Assembly: GCA_038882975.1 (NCBI GenBank)
Contig: JAVZNE010000002.1
Span: forward strand, 32,001 to 96,000
Length of the DNA: 64,000 bases
Origin: Candidatus Bathyarchaeia archaeon
Lineage (GTDB): Archaea > Thermoproteota > Bathyarchaeia > Bathyarchaeales > Bathycorpusculaceae
Reading direction: 5' to 3'
A program made the position numbers and the translations under genes. The notes under the pieces were generated by a model, which did not search any database, was not told the origin of the DNA, and saw only the letters and a program-made list of their open reading frames with translations. Below are positions 17,527 through 26,993 of the stretch, one piece after another (within the stretch, counting starts at the first letter, position 1; each line of letters opens with the position of its first letter).

Positions 17527-18283
17527 TCAAAAGTTCAATTTCCTCCGCTTGACCGATATCATTTAGGGAGGAGACCATACCGACCAAAACCTTTCTTATA
17601 AACAGGCTGGGAAAAGATTTTAAAGGTACAATCTTCCCGTTAACCTTTAAAACTACATCCTTCTTGCCATAAAGTGGACATGCCTTCAAATTTGCGGTTC
17701 CAGCGATTATAGCCTTTGCAAGCTCATGACATGAATTGTACCCACATTCCCCGCAATGCGCAAAGCTGGGAAAAAATGGAAGAGCCTTTTGCACAACTAT
17801 GTCGGCAAGCCTCCTCGACTCTAGCTTGCAATTAAGTACGGGAACACCGAGCACTGAAGCCTTTTCCACTTCTTCTTTAGATTCAGTTATAACTCCTGAA
17901 ATTGCAATGGCTAAACCATCACAGAATGCTCGTGCTTCAGCAGCATTTTTCGCTGCAACTATTTTTGCCACAGTTTTCTCGCTTTCAAAACCCTCTAAAA
18001 GGAGATAATCAAATCCCGGAAAGAAGCCGTTTATCTCTCCTAAGCTAAGTTTCCTTTTAATGAAAAGTACCGTCTCATTTACAGCAGACCCCGCTACGAT
18101 TTCAGCACCAGCCTCTCCATGCATCCACGTTTCCTTTCCAGGTGTGTCAATCCACTTAACATTTGGCATTTCCTTCACAGACCCAACTTTATAGCCTCTG
18201 CCCTTAAGCTCGCGGGTTAAATATTGAATAACTGTGGTTTTTCCGGAGTGTTTGCCTCCAACAACAGCCACAATCTTTACCAT
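17513..18283 (-). CDS. mobB: Molybdopterin-guanine dinucleotide biosynthesis protein B with C-terminal Fe-S domain
   Basis: GGKHSGKTT, DTPGKET..H..AGA, LLEGF, CGECGYNSC...C. Confidence 0.85.
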   Translation of the reverse strand: MVKIVAVVGGKHSGKTTVIQYLTRELKGRGYKVGSVKEMPNVKWIDTPGKETWMHGEAGAEIVAGSAVNETVLFIKRKLSLGEINGFFPGFDYLLLEGFESEKTVAKIVAAKNAAEARAFCDGLAIAISGVITESKEEVEKASVLGVPVLNCKLESRRLADIVVQKALPFFPSFAHCGECGYNSCHELAKAIIAGTANLKACPLYGKKDVVLKVNGKIVPLKSFPSLFIRKVLVGMVSSLNDIGQAEEIELLIKWI

Positions 18284-18357
18284 CGAAGACCACGAGAAAA
18301 GCATACACACAAACTATATAAATACATTTAACTTCTCTCGCTTTGGCGTGTTTATAC

Positions 18358-19632
18358 ATGAAAAGAACAGCCCAAAAAAGGACGCTCAAACTGACTTCCT
18401 ATCCAAAGGCTTTAGAAAAGCTCTTTGAAACCTTCCAAAAACCAATAAGCTACGAAACTGTCTCAATAGAAGAGTCGATGGGCCGTGTTTTGGCCGAAGA
18501 CATAGTGGCAGATGCTGATATCCCCCAAACCGACATCGCAACAGTTGATGGATACGCACTCAAACATGAAGATGTAACTGAGGCTTCGATAACACACCCC
18601 GTTTTTTTAAAGATTGTTGGAAAACTCTATCCATGGAACAACTCATCCGATGCTAAACTAGCAAATGGGCAAGCAGTCTACGTTACATGCGGAGCACCAA
18701 TACCGGAAGGAGCTGACTCAGTGATAATGGTTGAAAAAACAATTCTGCACGACGGCAAAATCGAGGTACGAAACCCTGTAAAAAAGGGAGAAAACGTAGC
18801 CCATGCTGGAGAAGACATCAAAAAAGGAAATCTAATTCTCAAAAAAGGAAACGTTCTAAGGCCGCAAGACATAGGAGTTTTGGCAGGCTTAGGAATCAAA
18901 CAAGTTAAAGTATTCAGAAAGCCACGAGTGGCAATTATCGCAACTGGAAACGAACTTATTGAACTGAGCCAAAAAGACCCAACGAGGATTGTTGACAATT
19001 ACGCCCTCATAATTTCAGGTTTAATTTTAAATATGGGAGGGGAACCTGTAAGGCTCGGTATAGCACCCGACGATCTTCAGGAGACCAAAGATAAAATCAG
19101 CGAAGCTCTTGAAAATGTGGACATAGTGGTAACCATAGGAGGCTGTTCCGTGGGCGAGAAAGATTTTGTTCCAGACGCAATTAACTCCCTCAGCCAACCT
19201 GGAGTGCTAATCCACGGAATAAAAGTGAAACCCGGAAAAGTAACAGGATTTGGAATAGTTAAAGGAAAACCAGTTGTAATGCTTCCCGGGCTGTTTGCAT
19301 CCACCATGGCTGGCTTTTACCTGATTCTCGCACCGCTAATCGCTTCATATGCAGGCTTAGAGAGGAAGCAAATGTTTCCAATAATTACAGCTAAAATGAG
19401 CCAGAATTTAGATTCCGACGGTAAGCCTCATTATAGGTTTTTGCCTGTTCGCATTCGACAGCAGAAGGGAAAATTTTACGCACAAATAGTCTCTGGAGGC
19501 CCGAACAGTTTAAACAGATTTCTGAACTCTAACGGTTTCATATTGATTCCTCCGAAAAAAAGTTTAAGGAAGGATGAGGAAGTAAATGTTGCATTGTTCA
19601 GCAAAGAAGAATTCCACATGTTCTTCAATTAA
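18358..19632 (+). CDS. moeA: Molybdopterin molybdotransferase MoeA
   Basis: GRVLAEDI, DGYAL, GAPIPEGADSVIM, ATGNEL, GG.SVGEKDF, KPGK. Confidence 0.94.
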   Translation: MKRTAQKRTLKLTSYPKALEKLFETFQKPISYETVSIEESMGRVLAEDIVADADIPQTDIATVDGYALKHEDVTEASITHPVFLKIVGKLYPWNNSSDAKLANGQAVYVTCGAPIPEGADSVIMVEKTILHDGKIEVRNPVKKGENVAHAGEDIKKGNLILKKGNVLRPQDIGVLAGLGIKQVKVFRKPRVAIIATGNELIELSQKDPTRIVDNYALIISGLILNMGGEPVRLGIAPDDLQETKDKISEALENVDIVVTIGGCSVGEKDFVPDAINSLSQPGVLIHGIKVKPGKVTGFGIVKGKPVVMLPGLFASTMAGFYLILAPLIASYAGLERKQMFPIITAKMSQNLDSDGKPHYRFLPVRIRQQKGKFYAQIVSGGPNSLNRFLNSNGFILIPPKKSLRKDEEVNVALFSKEEFHMFFN

Positions 19633-19648
19633 AAAGGAAGTGAAAAAC

Positions 19649-20200
19649 ATGATTGTAATGGCCGTTGTTGGAGTAAGCAAATCTGGCAAAACAACGACAA
19701 TAGAATACTTAGCATCGAGGCTTACAAAAGAGGGATACAAAGTAGGCTCAATAAAGCACATCCATCACCCAGACTTTTCAATAGACACCGAAGGCACAGA
19801 CACGTGGAGACACATGCATGCGGGAGCAAAAGTAACAGTTGCCCTCGCACCTAAAGAAACAACAATCATTAAAAAAACGGACCATATTCCAAATAACCTG
19901 GACAACATTATCAAACTACTTAAAGACGAAAATCTAGACATAATATTCATTGAAGGACTACATTCACTCACGGCCAAAAGGAAAGACATCCCAAAAATCA
20001 TAACAGCAAAAGATGATCAAGATCTCATGAAAACATTGGAAGGAACTGAACCAATACTAGCAGTAACAGGAGTTATAACCAGTAAGAAAACAAAAATAAG
20101 CAAAGTTAACGTGCCCATGATCGATTTAAATAGGGAAGGCGCCACACTACTGAGACTCGTTAAAAATAAGCTGAGCGTCAAAAAATTAAGCGAGACTTAA
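19649..20200 (+). CDS. mobB: Molybdopterin-guanine dinucleotide biosynthesis protein B (second copy)
   Basis: GVSKSGKTT, IKHIHH, DTEGTDTWRH..AGA, IEG. Confidence 0.9.
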   Translation: MIVMAVVGVSKSGKTTTIEYLASRLTKEGYKVGSIKHIHHPDFSIDTEGTDTWRHMHAGAKVTVALAPKETTIIKKTDHIPNNLDNIIKLLKDENLDIIFIEGLHSLTAKRKDIPKIITAKDDQDLMKTLEGTEPILAVTGVITSKKTKISKVNVPMIDLNREGATLLRLVKNKLSVKKLSET

Positions 20201-20212
20201 AGAGGAAGTGTT

Positions 20213-21265
20213 TTGGTTAAAAAATGCGCAATAGTGCTTGCAGGAGGAAAAGCTGAAAGATTCCAAGTAAAGGATAGTCCATGGATAGATAAGGCATTGG
20301 CAAACGTTATCGGCAAACCGCTGCTTATACATGTAATTGAAAGGGTAAAGCCAGTAGTTGAAGAAATCATAATCTGCGTTAATAATGAAACGCGAAGACG
20401 CAAATACATGAGAGTGTTGCGAAACTTTCTAATAAAAAATGACTATGTAAAAATTGTGAAAGACTTTAAAATTCCATCTATCAGCGGCCCAGCTGTGGCA
20501 ATAGCCACTGGGCTGAGCGTTTCAAATGCTGACCACTGTATTATAGTGCCATGTGACACACCATTTATACAGCCAGCTGTGGTTGATTATCTTTTTAACG
20601 CTATTGGAGATGCAAGCATAGCCGTTCCAATACATGCGGATGGAAGTGCAGAGACACTAATGTTTACATGCGAAAGGGGAAAAATCGCTGAGATATCAGA
20701 AACGCTTTGTTGGCTTGGACGCGACAGACCGGACGACTTGCTAAGGGGATCGCCAAAAGTGAAATTTATCTCAACCAAAAGACTAAAAAATTTGGATCCA
20801 GAGTTCAAGAGTTTCATCAATATAAATTTCCAGAAGGACTTGGCTGAATTACGGACAAGAGTTACTCTGAATGGACCAATAAAAAGAAATGTGTGCATAA
20901 ATTTAGGTGCTCCAAAGAGCTTTGAGCTGAAAATGCTGAAAAAGGCTGCAGAAAAATACCTGCATAATAAATTTATTGAAGCAGTGAAAGTTTTTTCATC
21001 CCTATCCAACTTTTTTGAGGAAAGAAGATTATACTTTTGGGCGGGACTTTGTTGGGAAAAGGAAGGTAGCGCCATACAAACCCTAATAAAAAATCGAAGA
21101 GACATGGAGACCAAAAGCGAATGGCGAGAAAAAAGTAAACAAGCGTTTAGAAAAGCTGTGCAGAATTACGCCTTAGAAGCAGAAATTTTTACTCGAAAAC
21201 AAATCTATCTCTTAGCTAAACGTGCAAAAGAAGATGAGCTTTGGTGTAAACATCTATCTTCCTAG
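20213..21265 (+). CDS. mobA: Molybdenum cofactor guanylyltransferase MobA with C-terminal helical extension
   Basis: VLAGG...RF...DKAL, GPAVAI, PCDTPF, FININ. Confidence 0.85.
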   Translation: MVKKCAIVLAGGKAERFQVKDSPWIDKALANVIGKPLLIHVIERVKPVVEEIIICVNNETRRRKYMRVLRNFLIKNDYVKIVKDFKIPSISGPAVAIATGLSVSNADHCIIVPCDTPFIQPAVVDYLFNAIGDASIAVPIHADGSAETLMFTCERGKIAEISETLCWLGRDRPDDLLRGSPKVKFISTKRLKNLDPEFKSFININFQKDLAELRTRVTLNGPIKRNVCINLGAPKSFELKMLKKAAEKYLHNKFIEAVKVFSSLSNFFEERRLYFWAGLCWEKEGSAIQTLIKNRRDMETKSEWREKSKQAFRKAVQNYALEAEIFTRKQIYLLAKRAKEDELWCKHLSS

Positions 21266-21961
21266 GTAGGCTTCTTTCACTTTTGGGTTTTTTAAGAGCT
21301 CTTCAGGGGCTCCTTCTAAAACTATTCTTCCATTCTCAATCACATAAGCCCTCTTTGAAAGCTTTAAGGACGCCAGAACATTTTGCTCAACAAGCAGAAT
21401 GGCAACCTTTTCCACATCGTTTATCTTTTTTACAGTATCAAATATGGATGCGGCTAGTTTGGGCGCAATTCCAAGCGACGGCTCATCCAATAATAGTAGT
21501 TTTGGCCTCAGCATTAGCGCCCTTCCAATAGCTAGCATTTGCTGTTCTCCTCCGCTTAGAGTCCCAGCCAGCTGACTACGCCTTTCCTTAAGCCTTGGAA
21601 AGAGGTTAAAAACAATCTCAAAAGTTTCGTCTTTTTTCTTCCATGCTTGGGGCAGATATGCGCCCATTTTTAGATTCTCTTCCACTGTTAGGTTTGGAAA
21701 GAGTCTCCTGCCCTCCATGACGTGAGCTATGCCCAAAGCAGCTCTTTTGTGCGGTTTTAACGTAGATATATCCTTATCAAAAAATTTGATTCGCCCTTCT
21801 CTTGGATACAGCTGACCGCTTATGGTCCTTAACAATGTTGTCTTGCCGGCGCCGTTACTCCCAATAACCGCAACAAGTTCGCCCGTTGAAACATTTAGAC
21901 TTACATCCCTTAAAACTTGTAGATCCCCGTAAGCAGCGCTAACCTTCTCTACCTCAAGCAT
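21254..21961 (-). CDS. livF: Liv-type (HAAT) ABC ATPase LivF
   Basis: GSNGAGKTT, LSGGEQQMLAIGRALM, LDEPSLG, VEQN. Confidence 0.93.
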   Translation of the reverse strand: MLEVEKVSAAYGDLQVLRDVSLNVSTGELVAVIGSNGAGKTTLLRTISGQLYPREGRIKFFDKDISTLKPHKRAALGIAHVMEGRRLFPNLTVEENLKMGAYLPQAWKKKDETFEIVFNLFPRLKERRSQLAGTLSGGEQQMLAIGRALMLRPKLLLLDEPSLGIAPKLAASIFDTVKKINDVEKVAILLVEQNVLASLKLSKRAYVIENGRIVLEGAPEELLKNPKVKEAYLGR

Positions 21962-21970
21962 AACATCACC

Positions 21971-22690
21971 TCACGCGGAGTGGGGGCCTAAATATGCCTC
22001 TATTACTCTTATATCAGCTGCTATTTTTTCTGGTGGACCATCCGCTATAACCTTACCTTGATGTAGAACTATTATACGTTCCGCCAATGACATAACAACT
22101 CTCATCACATGCTCTGTTAACATTATCGTTAAGCCTTCCTTCCAAATCTTCTTAACAATGTCTATCATCTCGTCTGTTTCGGCAGGATTTAAGCCAGCGA
22201 AGGTTTCATCAAGCAATAAGATCCTTGGATTGGTTGCCAAGGCCCTTGCCAATTCACATCTTCTTCTAAAGTTGAAGTTTAATTTATTAACCGGCAGATC
22301 AGCGTACTCGTCCATCATCAAAAAGCGTAATATATCTTTTGCGCGTTCTTTCGCCTTTTCCAAGGAAAAATTTGCGCCTAAAGCACCAACGGTCACATTT
22401 TCAAGCAATGTCAAATTTAAGAACGGACGGGGAATCTGAAATGTTCGAGCGATTCCAGATTTGCATATTTTATGGCTAGGTAGACCAACAATATTTTTCC
22501 CATTAAATATTATTTTGCCAGATGTTGGCTTGTAAAAGCCTGTAATGCAATTGTATAGGGTTGTTTTGCCTGCGCCATTAGGGCCTATAAGACCGATGAT
22601 GCTTCCTTCTTCAACCTCAAAGTTAACGTCGTCTAGGGCGACTACCCCGCCAAAGCGTTTGGAAACTCCTTTTATTTCAAGGATTGACAT
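21971..22690 (-). CDS. livG: Liv-type ABC ATPase LivG
   Basis: GPNGAGKTT, IARTFQ, LARALAT.P, EHVM, EAYLG. Confidence 0.93.
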   Translation of the reverse strand: MSILEIKGVSKRFGGVVALDDVNFEVEEGSIIGLIGPNGAGKTTLYNCITGFYKPTSGKIIFNGKNIVGLPSHKICKSGIARTFQIPRPFLNLTLLENVTVGALGANFSLEKAKERAKDILRFLMMDEYADLPVNKLNFNFRRRCELARALATNPRILLLDETFAGLNPAETDEMIDIVKKIWKEGLTIMLTEHVMRVVMSLAERIIVLHQGKVIADGPPEKIAADIRVIEAYLGPHSA

Positions 22691-22702
22691 TCTAATGGCA
22701 CC

Positions 22703-23704
22703 TCATAGAGCTTTAAGAAAGCTTAACTTTGCCTTTAAAAGTCCCCATATACCTTTTCTTGCAAGAAAGAATATCAAAATAAAGACTGCCCCAAACACAA
22801 CAAGATCCATTCCAGCCCTAAATCCGAATGAAACTCGAAGATATTCTCCAACCCCTATTCTTATTACAGAACCAACTGCCGGGCCGATAATGGTCTGCGC
22901 CCCTCCAATAACAGTTATTAAAACTGGTTCAATCGAGGTAAACAATGAAAGCACTCCTCCAGGCTCCATAGACGGGTCTATATACGAAATATAAACTGCG
23001 TATAAAGCCCCTACAGTACCAGCAATAAAGCCACTCACCAACATTGCTAACATTTTTAGTCTAAAAGGGTTCACCCCTAACGTTGACGCAGCGTCTTCGT
23101 CTTCTCTAATCGATTGGAGTAGCAGCCCGTAACGAGATTTGGATATGTAACTAACAACGAAAAACGACACAAGTAGAAGGATGAAAGATATGTAATAATA
23201 AGGAAGCTTCTCGGCAAAATTTATTACAAAAAAGGGTGTAGACACGGATGCGGGACGGGGTATTGAGATCCCTAAAGCCCCTTGTGTGAACTCCGTATTC
23301 AACACTACAAGTCTTATAACCTCAGTAGATGCCAGAGTTGCCAAAGCGAAATATGGGCCCCTAACCCTAAAGCACACAGCACCTATCGCCAAACCTATCA
23401 ACGATCCAACAGCGCCGCCGAGGATTATACCTAACCATGGACTAGCTTCAAAGTAATCAACATAAAATGTTAACAGCCCAACGGTGTATGCTCCCATGCC
23501 AAAGAAGGCTGCGTGTCCCAAAGACGATTGGCCTGCAAAACCTGAAAGCAGGTTCCATGACTGGGCAAGTGTAGCGAATAGTAAGATTAGTATTAACATA
23601 TGCATAAGGTAAGTTTGATGTGCCACAAATATGGGGGCCGCCAAGGCGATTAATATCAGGATAATTATCGCGATGGTTTTTGAGTTTATCTTTGGGTACT
23701 TCAT
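22703..23704 (-). CDS. livM: Liv-type ABC permease LivM
   Basis: WNLLSGFAGQ.SLGHAAFFG, GPYFALATLA, IREDEDAA. Confidence 0.92.
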   Translation of the reverse strand: MKYPKINSKTIAIIILILIALAAPIFVAHQTYLMHMLILILLFATLAQSWNLLSGFAGQSSLGHAAFFGMGAYTVGLLTFYVDYFEASPWLGIILGGAVGSLIGLAIGAVCFRVRGPYFALATLASTEVIRLVVLNTEFTQGALGISIPRPASVSTPFFVINFAEKLPYYYISFILLLVSFFVVSYISKSRYGLLLQSIREDEDAASTLGVNPFRLKMLAMLVSGFIAGTVGALYAVYISYIDPSMEPGGVLSLFTSIEPVLITVIGGAQTIIGPAVGSVIRIGVGEYLRVSFGFRAGMDLVVFGAVFILIFFLARKGIWGLLKAKLSFLKAL

Positions 23705-23708
23705 GAAA

Positions 23709-24590
23709 TCAACCCTTTGTGAACAACCCCTTTGGTCTAAATATTAGGATTAAAATGAAAAGGGCGAATCCAACAGCTGGAGTTAATGCGTATGGAACCC
23801 AGATTGTAGATACAGACTGCGCCACACCTATGATCATTCCTCCAAAAAAGGCTCCAAGAACATTTCCTAATCCTGCAAGAACACATATGATCAACGCGTA
23901 TAGCGTAAGCAATACACCAAGGTATGGATATATGTAGTAAATAAGGGAAAGGATAGCGCCTCCACAACCAGCCAATGCGATGCCAAGCCCGCCGCCTATT
24001 AACCTAATTCTTTCGGAGGATACTCCAAGGGATTCGGCAGCGTCTACATCTTGACTTACTGCTCTTATAGCAATACCCAGTTTGGTTTTTGACAGAAAAA
24101 GCTGTGTCGAAATTATTAATGCTAATGTTACTGCAAATGCAACTAAATATGCGCCACCAACAGATACCGGCCCCACTCGATAAGTCTCAAGCGAGATGCT
24201 AATGATCCTGTAGTCGCCACCCCATACAAGAAGCATAACATTTTCTACAAAGATGGATAAACCGAAAGTTAAGATTATTGACCCAAGCATTTCACCTATT
24301 AAATATTTGAATATGACTTTTGTTATAGCCATGCCACCAATAAAAAACAGGATAAACACTATCACAAAGGCTAATGCAAACGACACCATAGATGGAGGAA
24401 TGTTAAACCATATCTGGAAGTATTCGAAAAGGAAATAGGTTGTAAACATTCCCAATACGGCGAAGTCGCCGTGTGCCAAATTTTTTATGCCCATGACACC
24501 GAAAATTAAGCTCATTCCCATAGCTATAGTTGAATAGATTACACCGAGAATAAGACCATGTACGATCGTTGACGCCAGCAGATCTAGCAT
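23709..24590 (-). CDS. livH: Liv-type ABC permease LivH
   Basis: G.SLIFGVM...NLAHGDF, GIAIRAVSQD..AA, RPKGLF. Confidence 0.92.
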   Translation of the reverse strand: MLDLLASTIVHGLILGVIYSTIAMGMSLIFGVMGIKNLAHGDFAVLGMFTTYFLFEYFQIWFNIPPSMVSFALAFVIVFILFFIGGMAITKVIFKYLIGEMLGSIILTFGLSIFVENVMLLVWGGDYRIISISLETYRVGPVSVGGAYLVAFAVTLALIISTQLFLSKTKLGIAIRAVSQDVDAAESLGVSSERIRLIGGGLGIALAGCGGAILSLIYYIYPYLGVLLTLYALIICVLAGLGNVLGAFFGGMIIGVAQSVSTIWVPYALTPAVGFALFILILIFRPKGLFTKG

Positions 24591-24762
24591 TTGACCTCAC
24601 CGAGTTTCCTTGAGTTTAACGTAATTTTAGCGTATATATTCTAAACTTTCTATATAAAAGCTACGGTATTTTCCAATACTGCGTTAATTTAGGCGGAAAC
24701 ATCAGTTGAAGAAACACGAAAATTTTATAAGCTGTATTCTTTCACTTATTTCCGTGGTATAT

Positions 24763-26160
24763 ATGAAGAAAATTGAATTAATTATGGGAGGTATTGCTGT
24801 CATCGCTTTGATCCTCTCTATAGTATCGTTGGGTTACCTTTATACGATAACGTCTGGCATTGAGTCTAGGCTTTCCAGCGTTGAGGAGCAGCTTAACGCT
24901 TTGACAGCGAAGCCTTTGCTGTGGGGTTATGAGTTGAGGGTTGGGATATGTCTGCCGCTTTCTGGGGCTATGGCTGCTTTCGGTCAATCGGGATTACGAG
25001 GTGCGGAGCTGGCAACCGAGGAAATCAACTTTGCTGGGGGCATTTTAGGAGCCAGGATTAAGTTATACATTGAGGATTTTGCTGGAGATCCTAAAGTTGC
25101 GGTTTCAGCAACTGAGAAGCTCATAACAACCAATAAAGTACACGTTTTAAGAGGATACTTCACAAGCTCTGGAGCCATGTCAGCCATGCCAACAGCCGAA
25201 AGCTATAAATGCCCTGTACTTTCCATAGGCAGCAGCGCCAAAGAGCTCTGTCAAAAAGGATGGAAATACTGGTTTAAGACCCCGCCCAACAGTACAATGT
25301 TCGCTAAAGTATCTGTGGAGTTCTTAAAAAGCGAAATTGTACCTAGATTAAACCTCGGAAGACCTTTGAAGGTCGCAGTGCTGCACGAAAACACCTTAAT
25401 GGGAGTTTCAGACAAAAACGAGTTCCTAGCGGTTGTTAACGCATCAGAAGTCAATTGGCAGATAGTAGCCGTCAAAGACTATACGGCGGGCTCCTTGGAC
25501 TTTAGGCCAGTTTTAGAAACAATTAAGGCAGCGGGACCTGACGTTTTGGCTATGTCCGGCTACCTCACAGACAGCGTGTTAATAGCTAAGCAATCAAAAG
25601 AGATCGGATTAAACCCGTTGTTTATAAGCATTGGAGGGGCTGGCATGCAAACGCCAGCGCTTATTGACTTGGCTGGGGGAGATGTGGCATATTGGTTTGT
25701 AGCCAATGAGTACTGGTGGGACAGGGCATATCCAAGCCGCGAGGCCGGGAGGAAAGTTGCCGAAGCGTTTGTAGATAGATACGGTGTTCCCCCAGACTTC
25801 CAAGGGTGGGCGGGCTATGCGGGGCAATACATGCTCAAAGAACTATATGAAAAACTAGCAGAAACCCAGGCTGATGCCCTAAAAGATGCTTTCCAAAACA
25901 ATAAAGTGGAGGTTATACGTAACATGACTAGGGATGGCTTAGCAACTTTAAAGCTCTACTTGGACTGGACTGGAGAGCTATACTTCGAACCAAATGGTCA
26001 ATTGGCGTATTCGCTGACTGGCCCATGCATGGGATGCACAATAATACAAGTTCAACCAGCCACACAAGATGACTTGTGGTCCACTAAAGGGTACACGTTC
26101 CGCACGGTCTTCTCATCAGTCTATAAGGTCGCAGATCCGATAATCCCGCCAAGAACTTAA
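24763..26160 (+). CDS. LivK/LivJ-family (PBP1) substrate-binding protein, membrane anchored
   Basis: N-terminal TM plus coiled coil, PLSGAMAAFG, EINFAGGILG; divergent from livHMGF. Confidence 0.88.
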   Translation: MKKIELIMGGIAVIALILSIVSLGYLYTITSGIESRLSSVEEQLNALTAKPLLWGYELRVGICLPLSGAMAAFGQSGLRGAELATEEINFAGGILGARIKLYIEDFAGDPKVAVSATEKLITTNKVHVLRGYFTSSGAMSAMPTAESYKCPVLSIGSSAKELCQKGWKYWFKTPPNSTMFAKVSVEFLKSEIVPRLNLGRPLKVAVLHENTLMGVSDKNEFLAVVNASEVNWQIVAVKDYTAGSLDFRPVLETIKAAGPDVLAMSGYLTDSVLIAKQSKEIGLNPLFISIGGAGMQTPALIDLAGGDVAYWFVANEYWWDRAYPSREAGRKVAEAFVDRYGVPPDFQGWAGYAGQYMLKELYEKLAETQADALKDAFQNNKVEVIRNMTRDGLATLKLYLDWTGELYFEPNGQLAYSLTGPCMGCTIIQVQPATQDDLWSTKGYTFRTVFSSVYKVADPIIPPRT

Positions 26161-26322
26161 ACGCCACATACTTCGTGACTTATTTTTCTCTTCTCTACAT
26201 ATGGTAATCCTTTGTTCAGCTTTAAACAGTAAAGTGGGCTTTTCGAAAGGAAATGGTAAAAAGCTATCATAACTATAGCAAAAATTATTGGCAAAACTGT
26301 GTGACTGGATGGCAGAATAGAC

Positions 26323-26925
26323 ATGAGGAAAACCTTAGTAGTTATAGCGTTAATAACCCTTTCAGTGGGAGTTTTCGTTTCCTTTTCATTTCAAGCACAA
26401 TACAGTGAACAAGTTGTAGCATATGACTGGACAATACACCCACGGGAACTAGCCCCGCCCAAAGAAGAGAATACAATCCCACAAAATGAGAATGAGTTTT
26501 CTACAACTGGCCTGGCATTCATTAGCATCACGAAGACCCAGGATGTTATAAAAAAATTTCCAAAGCTAACTGTTATAGCACTCGAATTGAACGTAACGGC
26601 ATCGCAGCCAGTTAGGGTAATAGTGGGTAGACTAATTCATTCAGATCCAGTTACCTTTGACCATGTAATATTTAACAGCTCAAGTACAACTTTCTCTGAA
26701 AGTATCACAACAAAAGGAACAGAGGCGGACTTTTTGGAAATAAGGAATGAAGGAGACACTTCAGTAAATGTCATGGGCAACGTGAAAGTTATCGGAGAGA
26801 TTGTTCATGCCAAGTACCCTTACATGAATATCGGCACCCTGATTTTCTTGTCTGGACTTGTCTTGCTAGTTTACGGAATCGCCATTAAGCCAAAAAAGAG
26901 AATCAAATATCTTAAAGGTTCATAA
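26323..26925 (+). CDS. Hypothetical membrane protein (N- and C-terminal TM helices)
   Basis: Hydrophobic termini flanking a beta-rich extracellular domain. Confidence 0.7.
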   Translation: MRKTLVVIALITLSVGVFVSFSFQAQYSEQVVAYDWTIHPRELAPPKEENTIPQNENEFSTTGLAFISITKTQDVIKKFPKLTVIALELNVTASQPVRVIVGRLIHSDPVTFDHVIFNSSSTTFSESITTKGTEADFLEIRNEGDTSVNVMGNVKVIGEIVHAKYPYMNIGTLIFLSGLVLLVYGIAIKPKKRIKYLKGS

Positions 26926-26993
26926 ATTTCTGCCACTAAATATTTAATTAAACGCCAATACATACAAAGCCACGATACCTCTCTTAGCAAACG

